From Eukaryota sp. TZLM1-RC (lineage: Eukaryota; Protista; Metamonada: BaSk clade): DNA of 64,000 bases. The notes under the pieces were generated by a model, which saw only the letters and a program-made list of their open reading frames with translations, had not been told where the DNA came from and did not search any database. Positions 23,805 to 34,652 of the stretch are shown one piece after another (the first letter of the stretch is position 1; each line of letters begins with the position of its first letter). Made by a program: the position numbers and the translations under genes. The stretch is from assembly GCA_040285825.1 (NCBI GenBank), contig JAUPSS010000003.1, forward strand, positions 372,001 to 436,000, written 5' to 3'.

Positions 23805-24545
23805 CATTATATTTGAATATCCCCATTAATCAATTATTATCAAAAGAAAAATGTATTTGTTCGAATTCACCTCAACTCACTTTGCGCCATGCTCTAAATT
23901 GCTTTCAATTGATAACTTATCGTTCTTCATTACATGATGCTGTTAGAGACACTGTTTTCAATATGGCACAAACTGCAAGAATTTCGTGTATCAAAGAGCC
24001 CCTGCTGAAGGAAACACTTTCTCTGAATAATTTTGGTTCTGATGACAGAGGTGATGTATACTGTGATTGGATTGATAATTCTGAAGCTATTGTTGACTGT
24101 GTCTCATGTAATGTTGCAAATGATACTTTGGTTCACAGAAGAAAACTTAATCCTGTGACTGCTCTTGATTTTAAAGCAGAGGAGAAACATAGAAAATATG
24201 ATAAAGTTATTGAAGAGGCTAATGCCGATAGAAAAACACAGCTGGTTTTTATTGCTTTCCCATTTTCGATAAATGGAAGATTATCAGATGAAGCAGAATA
24301 TTTTTTGAATGACTTCCAAAAAATGGTGCAAGAAAAGACAATGAAAAGATTTGATATTTTTTTATGGCGTTCACAGATTCAATTTGCGATTATTAATAGA
24401 TTATCTCGGTTTTTCAATCGAATAAGAGAAGCTTTAGCTAGACAGCAAGCAGATCAAGATTTTGTAGAGGAAATGTTGGTTCAATGATAGTCGTCCCATT
24501 AGTTATGAGTTAATTTAATTAAGTGTGCAAATTCAATAAATAAAA
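23805..24545 (+). mobile_element. RLE non-LTR 3' remnant (family of 15310-16650)
   Basis: 224-aa ORF nearly identical to the C-terminus of 15367-16614, plus the shared 3' UTR. Confidence 0.9.
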
Positions 24546-25269
24546 TATAATTTAATTAGAAAATTTGTGTACAAAATTGTTTCATAAATCTAACTTGTAA
24601 TGGGTCAATATAGTGTTTAATAAAAACAGTTGATTTAACAATACTATGATTACTGAAACATGTTTAATTAATCACAAAATTGTTCAAAATCATGTTGAAA
24701 TTGGAAAGGATTTACCTTCCTCCATTCCTCTACAGTTATCAAATCCTTAGAAAGTTGTTCATTGACAATTCATTGGCCACTTCTTTTTCATAGTCTCTTT
24801 CAATACTTCATCTTCTAAAACTAAAGGACTATTAATCTTGTATTCAAATAATAATTTGCTTCCTTGTCGTGAATCGAAATCATTTGAAGCTTACCAACAA
24901 GAACGATGATAAGAAGGTTCTTGAAGGTCTACGAAAAACACAAAAAAAGAAAAAAAAAGAAAAAAAGGTCTTTTAGGTTTGTGAAGTGTTCAGTAGTCTG
25001 GAGTAGGGTTATAAACAATTGCAACACAACACAGTGGTGTACCATTGAAACTTCAACACTGTTGTTTTTATCAGTTATGAGATTATTTTGTTATGTGTGT
25101 AAGTTCAATAAATACATGTTTGTATTTATCTGGTAATGAATTTTTGATTAATTGAATTTTATTTGAATGGACATATTAACTTATCGTTTTGATAATTGAT
25201 TATTATGTTATTATGATAATCAAACAGAAACAAAATGAAAAATATTGAACCCAAGAAATTCAAGAAATA

Positions 25270-25802
25270 ATCGAAAATTAAAGTTTAAGTGTTACAATCT
25301 TAGTTGCAAAGTAGAACCGTTGTTGAAACATTATAGCGATAATAATTTGTTTGATTCACGTCGAGGTGATTTAATTGCTCCTTTTGTGGATTCCTTCCAA
25401 GTTGTTGTTGATTTTACTATAGTTGATCCCTTTGCTTCAATTTATCGTGATGATATCTTAGTTAGTTCTAATTGTCACTTGAACAAGGCTGAAATTCGTA
25501 AACGAGACATATATGCTGAGATATTAGATGATTTAAATAGGAACCTTTACTCGAAGTTTTCGTTTGTTCCTTTTGCCTTCTCGATTTTTGGTAACATTGG
25601 TCAGTCTGCCTTGAATTTTCTCAATGATTTTGCTAATTTATGTCGTTCAAGTGGTAAGAATTTTGCAGGGAATTTATGGAAGAATCGTATCATTTTTGTT
25701 TCGTATAGAAGTGTTCCCAAATACTTAAATTTAATGATGTCCAAGCTGTATAAGGATTCATCAAGAATTGGCGTGGAGAATTTTAATTCTTATGTGTTTT
25801 AA
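25270..25802 (+). mobile_element. RLE endonuclease domain of a further non-LTR family
   Basis: VEPLL, RRGDLIAP..VVVDFTIVDP, AEIRK, FVPFAFSIFGNIG, WKNRIIF. Confidence 0.8.
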
Positions 25803-27083
25803 TTTGTTTTGTTTTGTTTCTTCGTAGAAAATAATAAAATTAATACATTAAAAATTTAATCTTATTTATTTTTAAATTATATTCTCAATGAGAAAAAAAT
25901 AATATATTGTATTTTATTTCAAATATCAGAAAACTGAAAGTCAAAAATACGGTCATCGTAAACACAACTATCCTGATCCTCCTTTTCCGACAAGAATTGC
26001 TCGACTTACGTCAAAGTGGATGAGTTGATGAGGTGGGGTGAACAATTCTTTGAAAAATTGACCTTAAACCCGATTATCAAATTTAAATTTTATTTCCGCA
26101 ATACTATTTTATTTTCAAAGTCTGGAAATGGGACAAAAATCAATAAAAATAAAATAAAATACCTCATCACACAAAAGACAACAAGTTGAGACAAAATTAA
26201 TTTCAGTGTTCTCAGTACAGAATGAGTTTCACTGAGACTAACAGAAGCAAGTTACTTAGTTAAACAAAGTTAGTGCCAGGGAGATATTTATTTACTGAAA
26301 TGTAGTCGAAATGAATCAAAACTTGATATCTTCAATTACTTCAAGATACTGATTTACCAAATGACTCAAATTAAGAACAACATTGAAATTACCATTCAAT
26401 GAACATCTGCCGATTTTCCTTGATAAATTTCAATCCACAATTTGTATTTCAGACATTTTTTATAATATTCATTAGAAAGTTGTTGAAGAGTAATTTCTAT
26501 TAACTTTGTATTTTGTACATACTTGGAGAATACAGACTTTGTTACGACAAATACAATATAGTAAAAGTCAATAAATTTGACTAAATTAATATTGATAACT
26601 TCTTTCAAGAAATGAAATTCCATTTTTGTCAATTTATTGTGAAAATACACCAAAAACTAAAAAACTAAAAAACTAAAAAATCAGAGTAGGTGCGCTCTGC
26701 CATTATCAGTAATAACTATTCTGTTAGTAGACCATTAGTCAAATCATTCCAATTCTCCTTTATCTTCACTTTTGCTCTTTACCGTAGAAGGAGTAAAGAT
26801 TTGTTTGATATCCAATGACTGAGATTCGGTGAAGCTAGTCAGTGGATCTAGATAAGGTTGCGATTCATGGATCTACTTCTTCTCAGCATCGAATGAGCCC
26901 TGAAGCTCTATTGAGGCCTCGGTCAAATCAAAAACAAAACAAATTCAAAAAATGCAAGCAAAAAATAAATGTATTTGTAGTTTCCAGGTACTAAAAAACT
27001 TTAATTAGTACTAATCATTTTCTGAATAACTCCTGTATAAACAGATGCAATACGACAACGGTACACTTGGATTTGAGGGAATC

Positions 27084-27848
27084 TTAACCATTAACAAACT
27101 CATGCCGCAATAATTGCCGAATACAAGACCGTTCTCTATGGTTTTTGGTTAACATCTTCCTCAGAAAATCAACAAGAGATGGACTAGCATAGTCTGGGTA
27201 CTTGACATCTCCTTTAGCAATAGACCCAACCAATCCACTCAGTGAGTACTCTTCAAAAGGATAATGTCCAAAACTGAGCTGAAATAGACAAACACCGAGA
27301 CTCCAAACATCAGCTTTACGACCATCAATCTGTTCTTGAATACAAGCCTCTGGAGGTAGATAGCTGGGAGTAGTGAATGATGGTGTGATAATGGGATAAG
27401 TTGTAGCACATTCAAAATCAATAATGGTTACGTGAAAATCATTTGAAATTAGAATATTGTTTAAACAAACATCATTATGGGTAATACCTTTGTTATGTAG
27501 ATAGTCAAGAGCATACAGTAATTGCAGAGAAATATCTTTTATACGAGATAATGAAAATTTAAAAGGTAACACCAGGTGATTCACATGGGGGAACACAAGA
27601 ATCCTATACCTCCCTTCAATATAAGAATCAACAAGAGAAATAATGTTGGGATGGTCTAATACTTTTAGAATTGTGTGTTCAGAGGAGGAGTGAGGAACTT
27701 GTTTGAGAACGTACCTAGAAGATCTGCGAAATGCAATGAATACCCTATTTCGAGAGTTACAAGAGATTTCTGATTCAAAAGTGAGGTGTTTGACATGCAA
27801 AGAAGCAATGCAGGAAGAACAGCAAAACCTTGTTAGATTCAAACTCAT
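27084..27848 (-). CDS. Atypical Ser/Thr protein kinase (CAMK-like C-lobe)
   Basis: YVLKQ, LDHPNII, HNDVCLNN, IDFE, TPSYLPPE, ADVWSLGV, R..I.QLL.H.F. Confidence 0.85.
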   Translation of the reverse strand: MSLNLTRFCCSSCIASLHVKHLTFESEISCNSRNRVFIAFRRSSRYVLKQVPHSSSEHTILKVLDHPNIISLVDSYIEGRYRILVFPHVNHLVLPFKFSLSRIKDISLQLLYALDYLHNKGITHNDVCLNNILISNDFHVTIIDFECATTYPIITPSFTTPSYLPPEACIQEQIDGRKADVWSLGVCLFQLSFGHYPFEEYSLSGLVGSIAKGDVKYPDYASPSLVDFLRKMLTKNHRERSCIRQLLRHEFVNG

Positions 27849-27969
27849 TTCTAGTAGATAAAATGGGGTTTGATGGGGATTATGATGGGGTTTGAGTAGG
27901 AAAATGCATTAGTTAAGGTTTTCGGTGAGTTTTAAAATGTGTCTGTCCAAAATAAAGAATTTAATTAGT

Positions 27970-28176
27970 TCTGGTCTGGAGTGCAAATCCAATTACATTT
28001 TCCAACCCTACATTGGAAATCCATTCTTCATTACAACTCCAGACACTGTTGAGCTGCCACATCGTTTAAGATGGACTGATATTTTCTTCAACAGAGATCC
28101 TCTTGACTACTCCCTTTTTAGTTCCTCCCAGTCTTCTTTTAGCACCCGATGAGGATGTGCTTGTTTCAGGAACTTA
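27970..28176 (-). ncRNA. Structured segment starting at the Fanzor-B stop codon (candidate omegaRNA)
   Basis: Three consecutive perfect stems: 28174-28168/28126-28120 (7 bp), 28094-28088/28052-28046 (7 bp), 28044-28036/27982-27974 (9 bp); each encloses an inner hairpin. Confidence 0.45.
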
Positions 28177-28465
28177 CGATGGACAGTTTCTTCTGTTGTG
28201 GCCTTCTCCGCGACATAAACCACATTTTCTCGGTTTTTTGTCCTTCTCAGCAGTCTTCTTTTTCTGATCTCTCTGTGATGTAGATGATCCATTTTCGAAA
28301 TCTTTTGTTTGAGTTTTTGGTCTCTCGAAAATGGATGGTCTATCTTCACCGTTGATTGCAGATGTTATAATGGAATATATATTTATGGCAGAGTGGAAGT
28401 CTCTATTCCAATACGTGCTCCACGTCTGACACTTCACTAAACCCCACGGTTTAGTTAACAATTGA
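28174..28465 (-). pseudogene. Fanzor1 subfamily B C-terminal fragment with a CCHC zinc-knuckle tail
   Basis: WGLVKCQTWSTYWNRDFHSAINI...GEDRPSIFER (RuvC-III), then RKCGLCRGEGHNRRNCPS*. Confidence 0.8.
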
Positions 28466-28466
28466 A

Positions 28467-28616
28467 GATTGTTCTCTCTGTCTGTGTTTTTCACTGGAAA
28501 TGCATACTTTATCTGAAATGTCAATTACCAATACTTCAACCACATCCACATGTCTAAACTTAACCATACGGAGATGATCGGTTCAGATCAAAATACGTTG
28601 GATTTGAAGACTCTTA
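28467..28616 (-). ncRNA. Candidate omegaRNA scaffold of Fanzor-A copy 2
   Basis: Begins at the ORF TAA (28616-28614); second copy at 19889-20036; nested stems CUUCAA/UUGAAG, AUCCA/UGGAU, UCUGAAC/GUUUAGA, GAUCAU/AUGGUU. Confidence 0.6.
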
Positions 28617-30412
28617 TTGAAGTCTTCTAAGATCTAGGGGTCTTGTGTTCAAAACGTACTCACTTACTGCAATCTCTCACTGGTTTCTCGATGCAGAGAT
28701 ATCTTTTGACCAAACCATCCCACATTCTGAACTTGTAAAATAGGCTTTATACTTTTTCCTTTCTCCAGTCTCTATGAAGTAAAGGTCTTCATGGAAAACT
28801 TTACAACAGTTGACTTTGGATGATGTGTAGTATTCATCTCCATCCTTCACGGTTGGAAATCGAGCCTTCAGATACTTCAGAAAATGCTTTCTTGGTGTTT
28901 TCACTCTTTGATGAGATGGTCCATCACCTCCTTTCCCAAACCAAATAATTACTTCACGATTTTCAGCCATGTCTTTGATTTTGTGGACAAAGTGGCTCAA
29001 TCTCTTCTGGCGATGGATAAAAATGTCGAAGCGATTACGGCGAATAGCTTTTCTTTTTCCTTGTCGTAGATGGTGGTCCAATAAACTTTGTCTTTGAGTG
29101 TTGTCTCTTTGAGGATTGACATTAAGCCACTGTTCCATTTCAGTAGGTTGAGCAACATCGACAAACTCTGCTGCCATTGCAATCAGATAGTAATAATAGT
29201 CCTGAACGGAATAACAGTTTGGAGTCAGTTGGGTCAATAGAGGAGGAGATTTCATCGAGCGAGGCTTGGGTGATATGATAATGCCTGAATTGAATGGTCC
29301 ACAAGCTTGACCAGTTCTCCAACCCTTTAGATTATTGTGTTTGGGGTCCATGGTCACAAAAGAAGGGTTGACATCCTGGGGAGGCCTTGTTGCTGACTGC
29401 GAAAGTATCTATGGCCTTCTAGGCCTGGTGAGTTACTTCCACATGGTTTTGATCGCTTAACATGAGTGGCGTGGAAGTTTTCCACTACACCTGCAGCTCG
29501 AGCTTCCTTCATTTTATTGTTGGTGCACCTATTGCGAGTAGGCTTGATTGTGTGTGAAAAGGGAAAATGCAAGCTCAAACCGTCAGTAGTTACAGAGTAC
29601 TCTGGTTACTTGTTCCGAGATAATCCAAAGTAGTGGCAGGGATACACCAGGAGCTGACCGCCATTGTTTTTGAAAGAAAAAGCATCGAGCGTTTGTTTGT
29701 TTATGCTCACAAAGCCTGGGACATAACCCACGAAAGGAGTCAGGGCATATCGCTTCATACAGACAGGAGAGACACTCTCCAGGAATGACAGAATGGTTAA
29801 TCCAAAGCGAAGGACAAAAGCAGCAACCTCATTGGATAGTCGCATTATAAGTACTGTGAGTATATGCTCAAGGGTGCGCTGGTTAGTATTGTCGGCAACA
29901 TAACCACTGATGTCCATCAGAGCATTCCACCTTATGCTGATAAAATTATCCCACTGGTTCGCAAAGGGCAAAACTCTTGGTGAGAATATTGCCCGGCGCA
30001 AGACACAAAAAGCATATGTTTTGGGTGCTGGACAGCACGTTGTAAAGAAGTTTTGCTCCCAACACACCGGTCCATCTGTCAAAAACTGCGGTGTGCTTCC
30101 GCAAGGCGACGAACTGTCGCAGAAACAAAAGAGGAATAGCACCACGGAAGAACCCCCTCGGCCTCCAGTACAGCGTCTTGATGAACACAGAGGGGGAAAA
30201 GGCCAGCTCGGGCGCGACGACAGAATAAAAAGAGTGTCGTAAGGAGAAAACCTCTTTAACGAAGGGCGGTCGGTTGTGGGACATTGAAAACATCACAAAG
30301 TCACAACACAGTTCCCAAAAACTACTGCTGTATGAGCCAACTGCTAATGTCCGCTCGCCGAAGGACAAAAAGTCGAGCCAGCCTAGCAGCAAGTACTGCA
30401 ATGGTTCCCAAA
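28614..30412 (-). pseudogene. Fanzor1 subfamily A copy 2, nearly full length (~600 codons), disrupted
   Basis: LARLFVL..FWELCCDFV; DGPVCWEQNFF; YSVTTDGLSLHF (TDG motif); RuvC-I FVTMDPKHNNL; bridge-helix-like RRNRFDIFIHRQKR; RuvC-II DEYYTSS; RuvC-III WSKDISASRN; tail NTRPLDLRRLQ*. Several frameshifts and stops. Confidence 0.85.
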
Positions 30413-30659
30413 AAAGAATATAAAATTTGTACAAAGCAAATGTTTGGTTTTTTAACATTTTTAGTGCACTTTACTTCTTAAAGTAATGAATTGATTAAAG
30501 TTGAAAAGGTAACTCAATTTTTTCAAATAATATTTGTTAATTAAACAACTTATAAAACAACATTTAAATTAATCATCTTACCCAAAACAAAACAACTAAA
30601 TGCAACTCTGTGCTTCTGTTGTTTTAATGACTTCAGATGTTCAATAGCCATTAAAATCA

Positions 30660-31090
30660 ATACATTTTTAATTTAGTATTTGAAATGCTTTCAATTCCGT
30701 AAAGCGTAATTGTATTTATGATGTGCTTTTTCAGAAAATTCCAGAACCTTCAGCTTATTCATATTTTTTATGTAAAAAATTCGGATTTAATTTTTGACTC
30801 ATATACCCTTGAATCTTCCTCTGGTGTGAAACAGGCGACGCTCTTGGCCATGTGCTCTTTTGTTTGGCTACTCACAAAATTATGGAAATGACCCACAAAA
30901 ATTTTCCGGAAAAAAGGTATTGTTGCTTATATGCATATTATTTCTAATATCGGTTCTTTTGAAAGCATTTGTAAAGCTTCTGGAGGTATTGCCATCAAAT
31001 ACAAAGAAATTGGATCAGCTTTGAACCCATATAAATGTCTCTTGATTGGTAGAGAACAACACACAATTCAGCAACTTTCATAGATTTTTC
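30660..31090 (+). mobile_element. Reverse-transcriptase core fragment of a CRE-like non-LTR element
   Basis: Manual translation NAFNSVKR, SSSGVKQ(G)DALGHVLFCLA, IVAYM.., YKEIGSALNPYKC: RT motifs 3-6, degenerate. Confidence 0.75.
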
Positions 31091-31137
31091 CTACTTTGTG
31101 GTTGCCAAACTTCGGCAAATTTTTTTGACAACTGACT

Positions 31138-31450
31138 CTCACAATTTTGACTTGTGGAGCATTCATAAAATGCAAGCCTTTATTCACAAGCAAAAGACTG
31201 AAAGTTGGTTGTTGAAAAACCTCGTTCAGCAGTTTGGCAACCCAAAAGACACTTTAATACTATTGGGTGGTTAAAAACGTTTTTGAAAATTTGAAACATC
31301 AACGACCTACACGAAGAATTGGATGGATTCAATTTCTCAAAAGAAATAGATATGAAATATTGATGATTACTGAAGCTTTCACCTCAGCAAAATATCTTGT
31401 TTGTTTTGGAGGGGTTGATACGTTTTTGAGAGTAACAAATACCAGAATCG
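31138..31450 (+). pseudogene. Fanzor1 subfamily B fragment (bridge helix to RuvC-II/Zn finger)
   Basis: HKMQAFIHKQKTESWLLKNLVQQFGNPKDTLILLG / LKHQRPTRRIGWIQFLKRNRYEILMITEAFTSAK..CFGGVDTFLRVTN. Confidence 0.8.
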
Positions 31451-31520
31451 ATAAGTTAGAAAATATTGCTGTTCATCACTCAAACAACCGTTAACATTAA
31501 CAATAGATTAAACTGTTTTA

Positions 31521-34500
31521 ATGGATCCTTCAGCCGTACCACAAATCGATGAGCTAACAAAGAAGTTCTATGAACCTGCCTCATCTCAAGATCATCATGA
31601 GGCTGCTACACAACTTAATCCTTTAATATCATCTCCTGAAGCTCTTCCCCAGCTAATTTATCTCATCGATGCTTCTTCTTCTCCACATACCAGGTATTTT
31701 GTTTCTTCAGCCTTGAATGATTTATTAAAAAAGCACTCTGAAAACCTCACCTCCCAAGCCAAAGCAGACTTACACTCACGACTTTTTAACTTTTTAACTT
31801 CTAATGTTTCCACGTTGCCTGCTTTTGTTACGTCTGGATTTGCCCGTTGTCTAGCCCGTGTAGATAAGGTTGCATGGATGGAAATTGATTCTGTTAGAGG
31901 TGTGGTTGAAGATTGCGCTACCATCCACAACCAATCAAGCGAGCAAGCATATGTATCCCTTCTTATCCTCAAGGAACTTGTGCAGGAAATCAACACCCCG
32001 CCCTCTGGTTCTCAGCTCTCTCTCCATCGAAGGAGGTCACAGAAATTTAAACAACATTTACCTTTAATTTTTAAACTTGGCTTGGACTTTATTTATAACT
32101 TTGTTGCGTCCCCCAACCAGGATGGTGTAACCTTGATGATCCTCAACGAATCCCTCGACCTTGTTAATGCAGTGCTTTCATTTGACTTTATTGGAACATG
32201 TGCCGTGGCTGATACATCTGAAGAAATCGCAACCGTTCACGTTCCAAAAGATTTTCGGGAGTTTTTTGAAGATAAAAGAATTGTTTCGGCCTTCTTTGCT
32301 GTTCAAAAGTTTGTACCAGCAGGAGCTGCCTCTAGAGCTTTCAACTGCATCTTAAGAATAGCTTCTGTTTCAAGAAGTGTTTTTGCTTCAAAAGATGATC
32401 GAAAGGATTTCCTCCGTTTACTTATGGAAGAGTCCTTTGTCCTTTTAACTTCTGGGGTATCTCCTCATCAGTTTGTGCAATCTTCTCCTCAATTATTACA
32501 TGATCTTGCCAGGTTGTTCGTTCGGATCAAAAGTAACTTCGAGTTTATTGAACTTCAACAGTGTCCTATTTTCAAGGATTGGTTGCTGAAAATTGGCGAG
32601 TTTTCCATTCAAACCTTTGAAGTAATGCACACTGGTGAAGTCACAAATGCCGTGTACTACTTTCTTCTTTTCTGGGATCGATTGGTCTCTTCATTTCCCT
32701 ACACCCAGCAAGGTAACAATGTTAAGGATCAACTCAATGGTTTAGCTTCGAAAATATTCGCCTCGTATGTCAAAGCACGTATCGACATGACGAGCTCAGG
32801 TGTCGATGATGATGAGTTTGATTCAACTGGGGGTCACTTAGTTTCCCTCTCCACAGTAGCAAGGTCTCAATACGAAGAAACCTCTAAGGTTTTGTTTCAA
32901 GCGTGGAATTCAATGGTTAACTCTGGTAAACCATTGGCTATTGCTTGGTTAGTGCGGTTGATTGGTTCTTTGTTAAGTTCAAGAGTCACTAGTGCTGTGA
33001 AGGATACCGAACAAGATGGCATAGATATCGAAATTGCTGGTTTGGTTTTGAAGTTTGTATCCGGAGAAAGTACTCAAAGCGCAAAACTTGACTACTCTCT
33101 TGTGTTGTTTCTTCGCCAGTTTTGTCGAGCTTTTTTGACAGAAAAAGTTTTGAAATCTCCTTATTATTCTGAGAAATTGTGCTCTTTTTTGGGACCACCA
33201 CTTCACGAAAACATCATTAAAATGACCCTACAAAAGATCATTTCCAATCTCCACCATCACCCAACGGAAGAGTTGATTATAGATACATCATTAGAAGTTT
33301 TCAGGGAATTGGTGACTGGATATTCAAGTTCTAAGATGGTCAAGGAGTGTTCGTTCGTCAGTGAAATACTTTCCCAACACAGAGCTCCTCATTTAACCTT
33401 CCTTTCACACAGAGCTGACACTGAAGCACGGGTTAATTACTATTTTATCATTGGAAGAATTCTTTTTGATGAACTTCATATATCAAAGTTTTCTGAATTT
33501 GTTAAACCCTTCAATGAAGCTGCTGTCCAGCTTCTTCCTTTGGTAAAAACAAATCCTAACGCGTTATTAAGAGACCCTGAAATAAGGTTCCAAGTGTGTT
33601 CACTTTTTAAAGATTTAAAAGGTCTTTGTAATGCGATTCTCGAGAAGAAATTTTACCCGCTTTTCCTCTCTTGGTTTCACAGCACTTTCTTTGAGTTGTT
33701 CAATGAGGCGATGGCGATCGGAGCCAAAGACCCTGACTTGGCATATATATTTGTCTCTTTGGCAGAGGAACTGTCATCAGCAAGGTCTTCACGGTGTTCT
33801 TTCAAGCACCACACTGCTACTGGTACTCTACTTTTCAGGGATGTTGCTCAAGTCTTGATCAGTTTTACCAGGAATTTCAAAGAAGTTGAAGTCAAAAAAG
33901 ACTTGTATGATGAAAAACTAAAGAATCTCTCCATTGCCACCTCAGCCTTGGCAAATACAGTTTCTGGGGGTTACGTGAATTTTGGTGTTTGTGAATTATA
34001 TGGAGACTTTTCTCTAAACCAACTGACAATCATTTTGATGGAACATTTGATTGAAATCAACCCAAAAGTGATTAGTCAGTATCCTTCTGCTTCTCGATTT
34101 ATTGTTGTTTTTGTTGATTCTGTCGCCCAATTTTATCCACAATTATTGGTTTCTCTGGGAGATAATAACCTCAAATACATTGAATTTGTAATTACTTTCC
34201 TAACTGAAGCCTGTCAAAGTTTAGATTCTTTTGTGGTGTCCAATTCTTGTTCAGCAATAGACTCTTTGGCTGCATATCTATTCTCAGGACCCTCCGTTTT
34301 AGATCAAAATGCAATTAAATTGAAGCAACTAATGACCCAACCCAGCATTTTTCCAATAGTGAAGCAATTACTCGACTTCATTTTGAAATCAGTTTTGTTT
34401 GACGATGTACAAAATCAGTGGTCTCTGACCAGACCTCTTTTACCGTTAATTCTAGTTTTCCCTGATATTTACTCTGCAGCTCAACAGGAAGCAATGGTAA

Positions 34501-34652
34501 TGGTTAAACCAGAATCTCAGGGCGAGGCAATGTCTCTGTTTGCTAGCTTATCTGATAACGTAAAAACCAATATTGAAGCAACAAATAGAGATGTTTTTTC
34601 TCAAAATTTAACTAGATTGAGAACTCAATTGAAATCTTTATTGAAGGTTTAG
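31521..34652 (+). CDS. XPO7: Exportin-7 / RanBP16-17 family karyopherin, 1043 aa, intronless
   Basis: IBN_N-like start, LSFDFIGT...EE..TVHVP, ASVSRSVF, GGYVNFGVCELYGD, NQWSLTRPLLPLIL, NRDVFSQNL. Confidence 0.93.
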   Translation: MDPSAVPQIDELTKKFYEPASSQDHHEAATQLNPLISSPEALPQLIYLIDASSSPHTRYFVSSALNDLLKKHSENLTSQAKADLHSRLFNFLTSNVSTLPAFVTSGFARCLARVDKVAWMEIDSVRGVVEDCATIHNQSSEQAYVSLLILKELVQEINTPPSGSQLSLHRRRSQKFKQHLPLIFKLGLDFIYNFVASPNQDGVTLMILNESLDLVNAVLSFDFIGTCAVADTSEEIATVHVPKDFREFFEDKRIVSAFFAVQKFVPAGAASRAFNCILRIASVSRSVFASKDDRKDFLRLLMEESFVLLTSGVSPHQFVQSSPQLLHDLARLFVRIKSNFEFIELQQCPIFKDWLLKIGEFSIQTFEVMHTGEVTNAVYYFLLFWDRLVSSFPYTQQGNNVKDQLNGLASKIFASYVKARIDMTSSGVDDDEFDSTGGHLVSLSTVARSQYEETSKVLFQAWNSMVNSGKPLAIAWLVRLIGSLLSSRVTSAVKDTEQDGIDIEIAGLVLKFVSGESTQSAKLDYSLVLFLRQFCRAFLTEKVLKSPYYSEKLCSFLGPPLHENIIKMTLQKIISNLHHHPTEELIIDTSLEVFRELVTGYSSSKMVKECSFVSEILSQHRAPHLTFLSHRADTEARVNYYFIIGRILFDELHISKFSEFVKPFNEAAVQLLPLVKTNPNALLRDPEIRFQVCSLFKDLKGLCNAILEKKFYPLFLSWFHSTFFELFNEAMAIGAKDPDLAYIFVSLAEELSSARSSRCSFKHHTATGTLLFRDVAQVLISFTRNFKEVEVKKDLYDEKLKNLSIATSALANTVSGGYVNFGVCELYGDFSLNQLTIILMEHLIEINPKVISQYPSASRFIVVFVDSVAQFYPQLLVSLGDNNLKYIEFVITFLTEACQSLDSFVVSNSCSAIDSLAAYLFSGPSVLDQNAIKLKQLMTQPSIFPIVKQLLDFILKSVLFDDVQNQWSLTRPLLPLILVFPDIYSAAQQEAMVMVKPESQGEAMSLFASLSDNVKTNIEATNRDVFSQNLTRLRTQLKSLLKV

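Noticed and set aside
26652-26680. (AAAAAACT)3-4 as a telomeric repeat
   Set aside because: Too short and low-complexity.
28677-28679. TGA readthrough in the Fanzor tail
   Set aside because: The paralogue at ~2460 has CGA here, so a simple C>T nonsense change is more likely.
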